This document shows positions 9,291 through 19,653 of a stretch of 64,000 nucleotides of DNA, in pieces. The notes beneath the pieces are model-generated. The model was not told the DNA's origin. It did not search any database and worked only from the letters and a program-made list of their open reading frames with translations. The stretch is taken from NCBI GenBank assembly GCA_024641305.1, contig JAHEDI010000007.1, forward strand, positions 11,142-75,141, written 5' to 3'. The stretch is from a bacterium. GTDB taxonomy: Bacteria; Actinomycetota; Acidimicrobiia; Spongiisociales; JAENVV01. Within the stretch, counting starts at the first letter, position 1. Each line of letters opens with the position of its first letter. The position numbers and the translations under genes were made by a program.

Positions 9291-11336
9291 ATGGAGCGAT
9301 TCACCAACCGAGAGCTGTCGTGGCTCGACTTCAACGAACGAGTTCTCACCATCGTCGAGGACCCGACGACACCATTGTTGGAACGCGCCAAATTTGCCGC
9401 CATCTTTTCGACCAACCTCGACGAGTTTTTCCAGGTTCGAGTGGCGGGCCTCATGGAACAGGTAGCTGCCGGAGTTACCAGCCCGCCACCGGACGGGATG
9501 TCACCAACCGAACAACTTGAAGCAGTGCGCGCCAGGGCGACCGAATTGATGGATCGCCTGACCGGTGTGGTCCAGGACGAACTGATTCCGAAATTGGCAA
9601 CCGAAGGCATTGCCATCGTCAATGTCGACACCCTGACCGGCGAGGACCTGGACTGGCTCGATGAGGAGTTCCGCTCCAAGGTATTTCCGGTTCTTACCCC
9701 GCTGGCTGTCGATCCGGCCCATCCTTTCCCGTACATTTCGAACCTGTCACTGAGCCTCGCCGTGAATATCCGGGATCCACAAGACGGAACCATGCGCTTT
9801 GCCAGGGTAAAAGTCCCACCCCGACTGGATCGCTTCGTAGGTTTGCCCGATGGACTCCGCTTCGTGCCGATCGAACAGGTCATCGCCTCGCATCTCAGCG
9901 ATCTGTTCAGCGGGATGGAAGTAATCGACCACTACATGTTCCGCGTCACCCGCAACGCCGACCTGGTCCTTGAGGAATCCGAAGCCGACGACCTGCTCGA
10001 AGCGATCTCCATCGAGCTAACCCGGCGGCGCTTCGGCAGGGCAGTCCGGCTGGAAGTAGAGACTGATATCTCACCCAACAGCCTGGCCGTACTCATGCGA
10101 CAACTCCAGATGGATTCCCGCGACATCTACGTTCTGCGAAGCCCCCTCGACCTCACCGGTCTGATGAGTCTGTATTCCCAGGACCGCCCTAACCTAAAAT
10201 GGGAATACTGGAAAGGTCTCACCCAACCGGCACTTGCCCAGGTGGATGGCTCACCGCCAAATATCTTCGATGTCATCCGAGAACGCGATCTGCTGGTCCA
10301 ACACCCCTACGACTCCTTCACCAGTTCCGTCGAGGAGTTCCTCAGCCAGGCGGCCCGTGATCCCGACGTGCTCGCAATCAAACAGACGCTATACCGGACT
10401 GCCGACGACTCGGCGATCGCCAGGGATCTGATCGTGGCAGCCGAGCGCGGCAAACAGGTCGTGGCGCTCGTCGAATTGAAAGCCCGCTTCGACGAGGAAC
10501 GCAACATCGAATGGGCCAGGAAACTCGAGACGGCCGGTGTGCATGTCGTGTATGGCCTGGTTGGGCTCAAGACCCATGCAAAGGTGTCGTTGGTCGTCCG
10601 GCAGGACCGGGACGCCATCCGGAGGTATGCCCACATCGGGACCGGCAACTACAACGGTTCGACAGCTCGAACCTACGAGGACATCGGCTTGTTCACCGCC
10701 AACCCGGACATCACTGCCGACCTCGGGGACCTCTTCAATTTCTTGACGGGCCACAGTCGGCTGATCAACTACCGCAAGCTGGCCGTCTCGCCGTATTCGG
10801 GCCGACAAACCGTCACCGACCTTATTCGCCACGAGGGTGCGGCACCCGATGGGCACGTCGTGATGAAGCTGAACAGCCTCGTCGATGCCGGAATCATCGA
10901 AGAGCTCTATGCGGCTTCGCAGGCCGGAGCCAGAATCGATCTGTTGGTGCGGGGGATTTGCTGCCTAAAGCCGGGGATTCCCGGTCTGTCGGAGAACATC
11001 ACCGTCCGCTCGATCGTGGGCCGCTACCTTGAGCATTCGCGCATTCTTCGCTTCGGGAGTGCCGACCGGGGTTACCAGTTCTGGATCGGATCCGCCGATA
11101 TGATGCCCCGCAACCTCGATCGAAGGGTGGAGGCTCTCACCCCGGTCGAAGCTCCGGAACTCCAAACCAGGCTCCAACAAATCCTCGACGTGCTCCAAGC
11201 CGACGATACGTTGACCTGGATACTCAAAGCAGACGGCACCTACGAGAAACTGACCGGCCAAATGTCGGAGGCACACACCGTCCTGCATGAGTTGGCGGTT
11301 GGCCGATCCATCGACGATCCGACCTTCGGGTTCTAG
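9291..11336 (+). CDS. ppk1: Polyphosphate kinase 1; start corrected to ATG 9291
   Basis: NRELSWLDFNERVL, NLDEFF, HPFP, QHPYDSF, ELKARFDE, KTHAK and RYLEHSR motifs. Confidence 0.96.
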   Translation: MERFTNRELSWLDFNERVLTIVEDPTTPLLERAKFAAIFSTNLDEFFQVRVAGLMEQVAAGVTSPPPDGMSPTEQLEAVRARATELMDRLTGVVQDELIPKLATEGIAIVNVDTLTGEDLDWLDEEFRSKVFPVLTPLAVDPAHPFPYISNLSLSLAVNIRDPQDGTMRFARVKVPPRLDRFVGLPDGLRFVPIEQVIASHLSDLFSGMEVIDHYMFRVTRNADLVLEESEADDLLEAISIELTRRRFGRAVRLEVETDISPNSLAVLMRQLQMDSRDIYVLRSPLDLTGLMSLYSQDRPNLKWEYWKGLTQPALAQVDGSPPNIFDVIRERDLLVQHPYDSFTSSVEEFLSQAARDPDVLAIKQTLYRTADDSAIARDLIVAAERGKQVVALVELKARFDEERNIEWARKLETAGVHVVYGLVGLKTHAKVSLVVRQDRDAIRRYAHIGTGNYNGSTARTYEDIGLFTANPDITADLGDLFNFLTGHSRLINYRKLAVSPYSGRQTVTDLIRHEGAAPDGHVVMKLNSLVDAGIIEELYAASQAGARIDLLVRGICCLKPGIPGLSENITVRSIVGRYLEHSRILRFGSADRGYQFWIGSADMMPRNLDRRVEALTPVEAPELQTRLQQILDVLQADDTLTWILKADGTYEKLTGQMSEAHTVLHELAVGRSIDDPTFGF

Positions 11337-11341
11337 GCGGC

Positions 11342-12541
11342 CTACCCGACCACTTGTATGCCAGATTTCCAGACAGAGCTGATAGCCCAATCGTCGAACT
11401 CGAGCGGGTCGCCGGAAATCACGGTCAGGTCGGCTCGTTTCCCCTGGGTGATGGAACCAACCTCGGTACCGAGGCCGAGTAGGTCGGCCGCCGACTGGGT
11501 GGCGGCGACCAGCACATCTCGCCGATCCATGCCGCCGCTCGCCATCAGGCTCAATTCTTCAAGATTGTCACCGTGGGGAGTAACTCCAGTGTCGGTGCCC
11601 ATGGCTATCTTGACACCGGCTTGGACTGCCCTGGCAAACGACTGGCGATGGATCTCGATCACCTCGTTCGCTTTCTGAATTGACGCCTCCGGGATGCGCG
11701 CCCCAGCTGCGGCGGCCTTCGAAACACCGGTAGGTGCCACCAGGGTAGGGACCAGGTAGGTGCCGTTGGCGATCATCAATTCGATTGCCTCGTCGTCTAG
11801 AAAAATGCCGTGCTCGATGGACCGAATCCCGGCGCGCACGGCATTCTTTATTCCGTCGGTGGCCTGAGCGTGAGCCATGACGAAGAGTCCGGCGGCCGAG
11901 GCCTCAGCGACCAGGGACCGCAGTTCGACGAGATCGAAGTGCGCGTGCCGGGGGTCGTCCCGGGGTGAGAGCACGCCACCAGACGTAGCTACTTTGATGA
12001 CGTCCGCTCCGGCCCGCACAAGTTCCCTAACTTTCTTGCGTACCTCTTCGGGGCCATCCACGATGGTCTTCGGTGCGCCCGGGTGATCGCCCTCAAGAAC
12101 TCGTAGGTTCATCCCGGACGGCAGCCACCCGTCGCCGTGGCCCCCCGTTTGGGAAAGCATCCCGATGGCGATCTGCATGTGTGGGCCTGATATCAGACCA
12201 CGTTCGACGGCCGTCTTGACGCCGAGGTCGGCACCTCCGGCGTCTCGAATCGACGTGATGCCCGCCTCAAGTGTGGCGCGAAGGTTGCCAATGGCTTGAA
12301 AGAAGCGCAGGGAGTACGGTTCTTGCATGGACCCGAACAGGTCCAGTGAGGAAATCATGACATGGACGTGCGTGTCGATCAGACCCGGAAGAATGGTGCG
12401 CCCGGTCAGGTCGACCGAAACGTCCCCATCGAGGTCGGGACCCACCTCGACGATCCGATCGCCTTCGACAACGACATCACTCGACGAGAAAGCCCGAGCT
12501 TCGACATCGAAGATCCGAGCCCCGGCCAGAACCGTTCTCAC
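11342..12541 (-). CDS. Metal-dependent amidohydrolase (Xaa-Pro dipeptidase-like)
   Basis: PGLIDTHVH, GGHGD, MAHA, IEHG, MGTD and GKRADL motifs. Confidence 0.88.
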   Translation of the reverse strand: MRTVLAGARIFDVEARAFSSSDVVVEGDRIVEVGPDLDGDVSVDLTGRTILPGLIDTHVHVMISSLDLFGSMQEPYSLRFFQAIGNLRATLEAGITSIRDAGGADLGVKTAVERGLISGPHMQIAIGMLSQTGGHGDGWLPSGMNLRVLEGDHPGAPKTIVDGPEEVRKKVRELVRAGADVIKVATSGGVLSPRDDPRHAHFDLVELRSLVAEASAAGLFVMAHAQATDGIKNAVRAGIRSIEHGIFLDDEAIELMIANGTYLVPTLVAPTGVSKAAAAGARIPEASIQKANEVIEIHRQSFARAVQAGVKIAMGTDTGVTPHGDNLEELSLMASGGMDRRDVLVAATQSAADLLGLGTEVGSITQGKRADLTVISGDPLEFDDWAISSVWKSGIQVVG

Positions 12542-13146
12542 GTACCCATTCCTGACAGGAGCACCGACACCATCGCGTCGGTGACCTCTTGGCGCCTCAC
12601 CTGCGGATCGGGCGAGTCGATAAGGGCTTTGGCAGCCGACATGATGAGGTCCTGAAGAAATCGTCCGACAAGATCGTACGGAAGGGCCTTGAGCTCACCG
12701 GCGTCGACGCCGCCCTGGTAGATCGTTACGAATTCGGTTGACAGACCGCGATGAGCCCGGCCAACTCGATCCTGGGCTTCGATTGACAACTTCGCCACTT
12801 CGCGATGCAAGATGAGACCGAGTGTCGGATCGGTTGCGACAAAGTTGACCATGGCCACTGAGAGGGCGGCCAACCGATCTCGCCACGAGAGTCCTTCGGG
12901 AAGCTCGCGAACCATGCGCTCGATCGTGGCCGGCAGGGTTTCCTCGACGAGGGTTGCCAGCAGGTCTTCTTTGTCCCGGAAATAGTCGTACAGGGTCGTC
13001 CGGCCGATTCCGACCGCCCCGGCGACATCACCGAGCGACACTTGCTCGTATCCATATTCGCCAAAGAGCCGTTCGGCTTCCTCAAGCACCTGGGCGCGAG
13101 TTAACTCTTTGTGTTCTCCGATGCTGGCAGCTCTGATGCGAGGCAT
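12538..13146 (-). CDS. TetR family transcriptional regulator; start corrected to ATG 13146
   Basis: HTH DVAGAVGIGRTTLYDYFRDKEDL; stop overlaps the amidohydrolase start; TACCAT box upstream. Confidence 0.9.
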   Translation of the reverse strand: MPRIRAASIGEHKELTRAQVLEEAERLFGEYGYEQVSLGDVAGAVGIGRTTLYDYFRDKEDLLATLVEETLPATIERMVRELPEGLSWRDRLAALSVAMVNFVATDPTLGLILHREVAKLSIEAQDRVGRAHRGLSTEFVTIYQGGVDAGELKALPYDLVGRFLQDLIMSAAKALIDSPDPQVRRQEVTDAMVSVLLSGMGT

Positions 13147-13256
13147 GAACCGCAATGGTAGAGGATTGCGCGACGCTACGGATATCGGCAACTTGACTGA
13201 ATCGGGGCGATCGTCGAGCCACTACGATCAGGTCTTACCGACCCAAAGGATCAACG

Positions 13257-14531
13257 ATGACAGCCACAATCGTGCTCGGTGCACAGTGGGGCGACGAAGG
13301 CAAAGGCCGGGTCGTCGATCATTTCTCGAAGAACGCGGACATGGCAGTGCGGTTCCAGGGTGGAAACAATGCCGGCCACACGATCGTCATCGGGGAGGAA
13401 AAGTTCGCTCTGTCGATGACCCCGAGCGGAGTCCTGTATCCCCACGTAACTCCGGTCATCGCCTCAGGAACCGTGATTGACCCGAAGGCGCTTCTCAACG
13501 AGTTGGCGATGCTCAACGAACGAGGCATCACGACGTCAAAGCTGCGAATCTCGTCAAACGCTCATCTCATCATGCCGTATCACCGCAAGATGGATGCCAT
13601 TCAGGAGCGATACCTCGGCCGGAATCAGATTGGCACCACCAAGAAGGGCATTGGCCCGGCTTACACGGACAAGTTCGCCCGTTCGGGGATCCGGGTCCAG
13701 GACCTGTTTGATCCAAAGATCTTCCGCGACAAACTGACCCTTTCCCTGGTTGAAAAGAACAAGATCCTCACCCGCGTCTATAACCAACTCCCGATGGACG
13801 CCGATGAGATTGCCACCGAATACCTCGGTTATGCCGAGCAGCTGATGCCGTTCGTCACCGATACCTCCCTGCTCGTTTGGGAAGCGATCAACGATGGCAA
13901 AACGGTCGTGTTTGAGGGAGGTCAAGGAACCCTGCTCGATGTCGATCATGGAACCTACCCGTTCGTGACATCTTCCAACCCGACCGCCGGCGGCGTCCTG
14001 ACCGGCACGGGAATTGGTCCCAAAGCCATTGACGAAGTAATCGGCGTTTCAAAGGCGTACCTAACTCGGGTTGGGACCGGGCCATTTCCGACCGAACTCC
14101 TCGACGAGACCGGTGATCGCATGATCGACCTCGGCCACGAATATGGGGTGGTCACCGGGCGGCGTCGACGAGCCGGATGGCTTGACGTCGTGGCGCTTCG
14201 CTACGCCGTTCGAATCAACTCTCTCACTTCGATCTTCTTGACCAAGCTCGACATTCTGTCGGCTTTCGACGAGATCAAAGTGTGTGTTGGCTACACGTCG
14301 CTCGGTGAGCAATACAGCGAATTCCCCCGGCAACAACGAGTTCTCTATAACTGCCAACCAATCTACGAAACGCTCCCCGGCTGGAGAACTGATATCACCG
14401 ATACCCGGGCCTACGTCGACCTTCCCAAGGAGGCCCAGCAATACATCGAGTTCATCGAGGATCAACTCCGGACCCCTTGTGACTGGATTTCAGTCGGCCC
14501 AGAGCGTGAGCAACTCCTGACTCGTCGATGA
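13257..14531 (+). CDS. purA: Adenylosuccinate synthetase
   Basis: QWGDEGKG, GGNNAGHT, GTTKKGIGP, HGTYPFVTSS and TGRRRRAGW motifs. Confidence 0.97.
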   Translation: MTATIVLGAQWGDEGKGRVVDHFSKNADMAVRFQGGNNAGHTIVIGEEKFALSMTPSGVLYPHVTPVIASGTVIDPKALLNELAMLNERGITTSKLRISSNAHLIMPYHRKMDAIQERYLGRNQIGTTKKGIGPAYTDKFARSGIRVQDLFDPKIFRDKLTLSLVEKNKILTRVYNQLPMDADEIATEYLGYAEQLMPFVTDTSLLVWEAINDGKTVVFEGGQGTLLDVDHGTYPFVTSSNPTAGGVLTGTGIGPKAIDEVIGVSKAYLTRVGTGPFPTELLDETGDRMIDLGHEYGVVTGRRRRAGWLDVVALRYAVRINSLTSIFLTKLDILSAFDEIKVCVGYTSLGEQYSEFPRQQRVLYNCQPIYETLPGWRTDITDTRAYVDLPKEAQQYIEFIEDQLRTPCDWISVGPEREQLLTRR

Positions 14532-15784
14532 GTATGCGGGTTCTACTCATCGGGGGTGGGGGCCGCGAGCATGCCCTCGGCTGGAAGCTGGCGCAGTCCC
14601 CGCGAGTCACCGAAATCATGTCACTACCTGGCAATCCGGGACTGGCCCAACTCGGATCGGTCATCGAAGGGATCGAGCCAACCGATATCGGGGCAGTGGC
14701 GGCCTTCGCCAAAGCCCAGCAGGTCGATCTGGTCGTCGTCGGGCCCGAAGCTCCGTTGGCCGCCGGCATCGTGGACGCCCTCAGCAGCTTCGGAGTTCCC
14801 GCCTTTGGCCCAACCAGAGCCGCCGCTCGACTGGAATCCTCCAAAACCTTTGGCAAGCAAGTCATGGATCGCGCCTCCGTGCCGACTGCCCCGTGGGGAT
14901 CGTTCGATCAACCGGACGAGGCCAAGACATTCCTGCGAGCCCAGACGGCACCTTATGTGATCAAAGCTGACGGGTTGGCGGCCGGCAAGGGCGTGCTCGT
15001 CACCGAAGACCTTGCCGCAGGCGAAGCATGGATCGATGATTGCCTATCAGGCCGCTTCGGCGACGAGCGAGTCCTCATCGAGGCGTTCCTCGCCGGTCCC
15101 GAGCTCAGTATCTTTGCCGTTTGTGATGGGACCGATGCCGTGCTGCTCGATCCGGCTCGCGATTACAAACGCCTCCGCAATGACGACCGCGGGCCCAATA
15201 CGGGCGGAATGGGCGCATTCAGCCCGGTCGATGATCTTCCACCAGGAATCATGGATTTTACCCTCGATCGGGTGGTTCGTCCGGTGCTCTCCGCCATGGC
15301 CGAAGACGGAAACCCCTACATCGGATTTCTGTACGTCGGCTACGTTCTGACGAGCGAAGGTCCGTCGGTGCTCGAGTTCAACTGCCGACTAGGGGACCCC
15401 GAAACCCAGGTTGTGCTGCCCCGTCTCGAAACCGATCTACTCGACCTCATCGAAGCAGCCCTGGCTGGAAACATTCGGAAGTCCAGGGTCGGCTGGTCTC
15501 CTGAGACGGCCGTCAACGTGGTGCTGGCGGCTGAGGGTTACCCGGACGCTCCGGTCAAAGGCACCCGGCTATCACGACTTGAACGAGCTGAAGACATCAT
15601 CATCTTTCACGGGGGAACGAGCTATGACGATGCCGGACAGGTGGTGACCAGCGGGGGCCGGGTTCTCAGTGTGGTTGCCATCGATCGGACCGCCGAGGAT
15701 GCACGCGCCCGGTGTTACCGGGCAGTCGATACACTCCGGTGGCCCGGAATGCAATATCGTTCTGACATAGCGAGGGAGATATGA
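14528..15784 (+). CDS. purD: Phosphoribosylamine-glycine ligase
   Basis: GGGGREHAL, VGPEAPL, KADGLAAGKGV, GPNTGGMG and EFNCRLGDPE motifs. Confidence 0.97.
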   Translation: MSMRVLLIGGGGREHALGWKLAQSPRVTEIMSLPGNPGLAQLGSVIEGIEPTDIGAVAAFAKAQQVDLVVVGPEAPLAAGIVDALSSFGVPAFGPTRAAARLESSKTFGKQVMDRASVPTAPWGSFDQPDEAKTFLRAQTAPYVIKADGLAAGKGVLVTEDLAAGEAWIDDCLSGRFGDERVLIEAFLAGPELSIFAVCDGTDAVLLDPARDYKRLRNDDRGPNTGGMGAFSPVDDLPPGIMDFTLDRVVRPVLSAMAEDGNPYIGFLYVGYVLTSEGPSVLEFNCRLGDPETQVVLPRLETDLLDLIEAALAGNIRKSRVGWSPETAVNVVLAAEGYPDAPVKGTRLSRLERAEDIIIFHGGTSYDDAGQVVTSGGRVLSVVAIDRTAEDARARCYRAVDTLRWPGMQYRSDIAREI

Positions 15785-16242
15785 GCAAGGTTGCAATAGT
15801 CATGGGGTCGGGCAAGGACCGCCCCGTCATGGAGAAAGCGGCGACAACACTCGCCGGGTTCGGCATCGACACCACCGTGGCGGTGATGTCAGCCCACAAG
15901 ACACCCGACGTTGCATTGTCTTTCGCTGAAAACGCAGCAAGAGACGGCTACTCAATCATTATCGCCGGGGCAGGAAAAGCAGCTCATCTGGCTGGTGTCA
16001 TGGCTGCCAAGTCGTTACTCCCGGTAATCGGAGTTCCTCTGTCAGCATCGCTCGACGGCATGGATGCCCTTCTGTCGACTGTCCAAATGCCGACCGGTAT
16101 TCCAGTTGCGACAGTGGCGATTGATGGTGCGACGAATGCCGCGCTTCTGGCAGTCGCCATCCTGGCCATCGACGACGAAGCCCTGACAAGAAAGCTCGCC
16201 GACTACCGCGCTGAACTAGCGGAAGTCACCCTCAAGGGTTAG
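15781..16242 (+). CDS. purE: AIR carboxylase / N5-CAIR mutase
   Basis: [29 protein letters not shown] and [11 protein letters not shown] motifs. Confidence 0.95.
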   Translation: MSKVAIVMGSGKDRPVMEKAATTLAGFGIDTTVAVMSAHKTPDVALSFAENAARDGYSIIIAGAGKAAHLAGVMAAKSLLPVIGVPLSASLDGMDALLSTVQMPTGIPVATVAIDGATNAALLAVAILAIDDEALTRKLADYRAELAEVTLKG

Positions 16243-17688
16243 GTCCTTGCGGGGAAGCGTCAACGAGAAAGTCGACCAACCATCGGCACAGTCATACGTC
16301 AGATCGCCGTTCATGAGTAGGGCCAACTGGCGAGATACCGTCAACCCGAGTCCCACGGCGGCGCTCCGAGAGTCCCTACCTCCGGACGTGTGATACGGCT
16401 CAAAAATCAGGGACTGCCGATCTTCCGGCACGCCTTCGCCATCGTCGCGAACGTGAATCGTCACGACATCATCGGCAACGGAGGAGGTGACCCGGACATT
16501 CGGACCACCGTATCGCCGGGCGTTCGTAAGGAGATTCCGGATAATCTGTCGCACTCTCACCGGATCAGCCCAGATGTCAACCGCGTCGACATCGATCCGG
16601 AACGACTCGAATTCACCCAAGAGCGCATCTGCAGCCGATTGAACCTGGGACTCAACGCTGACGAGAACCGGAACGACCGAAACGCTGCCAATCTCGGCTC
16701 GAGCGCCGACCATGAGGTCTTCCACAATGCTGGAGACTTCTTTGGCCTGTTCGGCAATCAACTGCATGATCCCTGCCATCTCTTCTTCTTGCCCGTTCAG
16801 GGCACCGGAGTGAAGTAGTTCGGTGAACCCAAGGACGGCCGTCAGGGGAGTTCTCAGCTCATGCGAAACACTCGCGACAAACTGATCTTTGGCACGTATC
16901 TGCTGCTCCATGTGGGCTTTTTCGGCCGCCGCCTTCAAGGCACTCAAGTCATGGGCAACCAACGAGGTGTACGCCTGACCTGACAGACCAGACCGTTCGT
17001 GGTGAATGAGGGTGATGGCATGGTCGGCTGGCTCCCCGTCTGCAGGAGTCAGAACCGCCTCCCCGACAAACCGGCCAGCCAGCATCAGCTCCGGGAGGGC
17101 CTCATGCCAGATCCCACTACCTTCTGGTCCGAGAACGTCGGTAATTCGGGGGTGACCACCGTCGGGGATACCGAAAAAGGCCCGGGCGGCGGGGTTGGCC
17201 GACTCGACCTTTTCCCAGTTGTCGATGACCAAAACCAGATCGTCGGCAGCTTCGATGACTTCATAGAAACGATTCACCGAGGCCTTCGACCTCGCCAACT
17301 CGCGATCAACCATTCGGCGGCGTAACGCCGAGGTGATCGCCCGTCCCAGGTTCAGGGAGTTGACGTGGTCAAGGATGAGAAAGTCATCGGCACCCTGGTC
17401 AATGGTTACCGCCCCGGCCTCTTCGGCATCAAGGTGGACCAGCGTGATGATGGGTGCATCGATGAGTACCTCACGAAAAGTCTCCACCCCCGTCCGACCG
17501 ACGGAACCGGGAAAGGACGCATCCATAATGACCGCATCGATAGCATTGTTGTTGATCACGCCCATGGCGGTACCCGGACTGTCAATTGAGATCACTTCGC
17601 GCGCCATGCCATCGCCAACCAACTCTTTGATGAGTTTGGCTGTAATCGGTTCGTGAGCCAGAACCAGCAGCGTATCGAGGCGCTTCAC
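16216..17688 (-). CDS. Cytoplasmic hybrid histidine kinase (receiver-PAS-HisKA-HATPase)
   Basis: N-terminal receiver (VIMD), PAS-like ANPAARAFFG, SHELRTPL H-box, NLLTNA, DDGEG and GLGL boxes; no TM segment. Confidence 0.88.
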   Translation of the reverse strand: MKRLDTLLVLAHEPITAKLIKELVGDGMAREVISIDSPGTAMGVINNNAIDAVIMDASFPGSVGRTGVETFREVLIDAPIITLVHLDAEEAGAVTIDQGADDFLILDHVNSLNLGRAITSALRRRMVDRELARSKASVNRFYEVIEAADDLVLVIDNWEKVESANPAARAFFGIPDGGHPRITDVLGPEGSGIWHEALPELMLAGRFVGEAVLTPADGEPADHAITLIHHERSGLSGQAYTSLVAHDLSALKAAAEKAHMEQQIRAKDQFVASVSHELRTPLTAVLGFTELLHSGALNGQEEEMAGIMQLIAEQAKEVSSIVEDLMVGARAEIGSVSVVPVLVSVESQVQSAADALLGEFESFRIDVDAVDIWADPVRVRQIIRNLLTNARRYGGPNVRVTSSVADDVVTIHVRDDGEGVPEDRQSLIFEPYHTSGGRDSRSAAVGLGLTVSRQLALLMNGDLTYDCADGWSTFSLTLPRKDLTLEGDFR

Positions 17689-17751
17689 GGTGAGTCCACC
17701 GGAACGGTAGGACTGGTTACGACCGGTTTGATGGCAGCGGAAACGGGCCTC

Positions 17752-18921
17752 TCATATGGCGGCGCGAAGCTCCCGGGCAAGATTCCCATTGTCCGCCACT
17801 TCGATCCCGCCAAGATCCAGCCATTCGGCCATCCTGACGAGTTCGGCGGCGAGCGCCGGTGCAACCCGGGAAGATGCTTGGTCGTCTTCCAGAAATGTTC
17901 CACGTACTAGTAATCGGCTTAACTGACGGTCGGACTTGAGGTCAACTCTTGCGACCAATTCGCCGTCCATTAGGAACGGCATCACGTAATAGCCATACAC
18001 CCTTTTTGGTTCCGGGACGTAGATCTCGATCCGGTAACGGAAGTCAAACAAACGTTCGGCTCGATCACGGGTCCACACCACTGGATCGAACGGGGTGAGA
18101 AGCGCCGAACCCACGATGGCCCGCGGAGTTGTCGCCTCTGGATCGAGGTAGGCAGGCTGGTTCCAGCCCCTGACCCCCACTTCGACGAACTCCCCTGACT
18201 TCACCAGATCCTTGATCAATGGGCGAGCCTGCGGCATGCGGATTCGGTAGTAGTCGGCCAGGTCGGCGGCGGTCCCGATCCCGTGATGTCGGATAGCCAT
18301 CCGCAACATTTCCCTACCTGCCTCTGCAGGATCGACGGCCGGGAGATCAAACACCGATGGGGGGATAACCCGTTCCGCCAGGTCGTAGTAGCGAGTGAAG
18401 TTCTCCCGGTGCGAGCAAGCCACGAGACCTTTCACGAAGAGCCACTCCAGGGCGATCTTGCCTTTTGAATATCCCCACCATGGTCCTGAGCGCTCCCCCG
18501 GTTCACCGAGATCCGACAATTTGACCGGACCACGGGCCGCCACTTCTTCAAGCACCCGGTCTACGTAACCGGGTTCTTCCTGGATAAGCCTCCACGGATG
18601 ATCTTTCTCCATCCGATGACGGTAAAGGGGGTAGGTGGCGATGGGGAGAAGTGACGCTTCATGGCCCCAATACTCGAATAGCTCGCCTCGCTCATAGGCC
18701 ACCTCGTCAATCAACTCTTTGCGATATGAACCGAGACGAGAAAAGAGCGGCATGTAGTGGGATCGGACGGCCACGTTCACCGAGTCAAGCTGGAGAAGAC
18801 CGATACGACGCATGACACGGCGCACATGGCGGACGTCGACCGGACCGACGGGAGGCCTGTCCGAAAAGCCCTGGGCGCCGAGTGCCATCCGACGCGCTTG
18901 ATCGATGCTGACAGTCCGCAT
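17752..18921 (-). CDS. YcaQ/AlkZ-family winged-helix DNA glycosylase (interstrand crosslink repair)
   Basis: LLQLDSVNV (QxD), FEYWGHEAS, LLTPFDP and RIEIYVPEPKRVYGYY motifs. Confidence 0.88.
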   Translation of the reverse strand: MRTVSIDQARRMALGAQGFSDRPPVGPVDVRHVRRVMRRIGLLQLDSVNVAVRSHYMPLFSRLGSYRKELIDEVAYERGELFEYWGHEASLLPIATYPLYRHRMEKDHPWRLIQEEPGYVDRVLEEVAARGPVKLSDLGEPGERSGPWWGYSKGKIALEWLFVKGLVACSHRENFTRYYDLAERVIPPSVFDLPAVDPAEAGREMLRMAIRHHGIGTAADLADYYRIRMPQARPLIKDLVKSGEFVEVGVRGWNQPAYLDPEATTPRAIVGSALLTPFDPVVWTRDRAERLFDFRYRIEIYVPEPKRVYGYYVMPFLMDGELVARVDLKSDRQLSRLLVRGTFLEDDQASSRVAPALAAELVRMAEWLDLGGIEVADNGNLARELRAAI

Positions 18922-18942
18922 AGCCGCCGAACCCTAATCGGT

Positions 18943-19653
18943 TCAGATTTGCCAGGCGGTCATGACGCCGATCATGGCGACGACGCCTGCCGCTATCGAA
19001 AACGGCGTAATCAGACCAGGGGCGGGGATCCGACCCTCTTGATCCACGCGACGCCACACGTGAACCACGCCGAGGGCGCTCAGTCCGGCAGGCATGATGA
19101 AAGCGAGAAAGGCGACGGCTACCACGCCAATCGAGCCGTTCCCATGGACAACGCCGAGGGTCGCCAAGCCGAGACCGGCCAGAACTCCCGGTGCTCCCGC
19201 CGCCGCCCCCAGGGCCAAGGAACCAGGAACGGTCCACGGCCGCACCTCCACCCAAACCAACGCCGGGGCTACCAAAAGAAGCCCGATGACCGCCGGCAGG
19301 TAGGTTCCAAATCCCAGAAAGCGAATCGGCAGGGCGAAGTCTCCGTAGAGCCTCGCCAACATCAACCCGATCGGGACCAGCATCACTCCAAACGTGATGG
19401 CCGCGCTCGCCAGCATGACGAGGAGTACGGTCCCCCACGAGGCCGGAGTTCCAGCCCTGAACTGTTGGTAGACCTCGGCGTAATTGGGAAGCCGACCATC
19501 GCTCTGCAGTGCGGGCTCATTGCCAAGCGCCGCCAGGGGGGTGCCCCGCTCCACCGGGAGCCGACCGGTGAGGGCCGACTCCTCGTCAACGCCATCGAAC
19601 GTCTCAGAAATTGAACCATTGAGAGCCGGCTCATCCGAGACGGGATCGTTCAT
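18943..19653 (-). CDS. Hypothetical membrane protein (about 6 TM)
   Basis: Hydrophobic ORF; ATG 19653 overlaps the upstream stop (ATGA coupling). Confidence 0.7.
   Translation of the reverse strand: MNDPVSDEPALNGSISETFDGVDEESALTGRLPVERGTPLAALGNEPALQSDGRLPNYAEVYQQFRAGTPASWGTVLLVMLASAAITFGVMLVPIGLMLARLYGDFALPIRFLGFGTYLPAVIGLLLVAPALVWVEVRPWTVPGSLALGAAAGAPGVLAGLGLATLGVVHGNGSIGVVAVAFLAFIMPAGLSALGVVHVWRRVDQEGRIPAPGLITPFSIAAGVVAMIGVMTAWQI

Noticed and set aside
13147-13256. Purine or ZTP riboswitch upstream of purA
   Set aside because: The TACGAT box leaves a leader of only about 20 nt; no conserved aptamer motifs.
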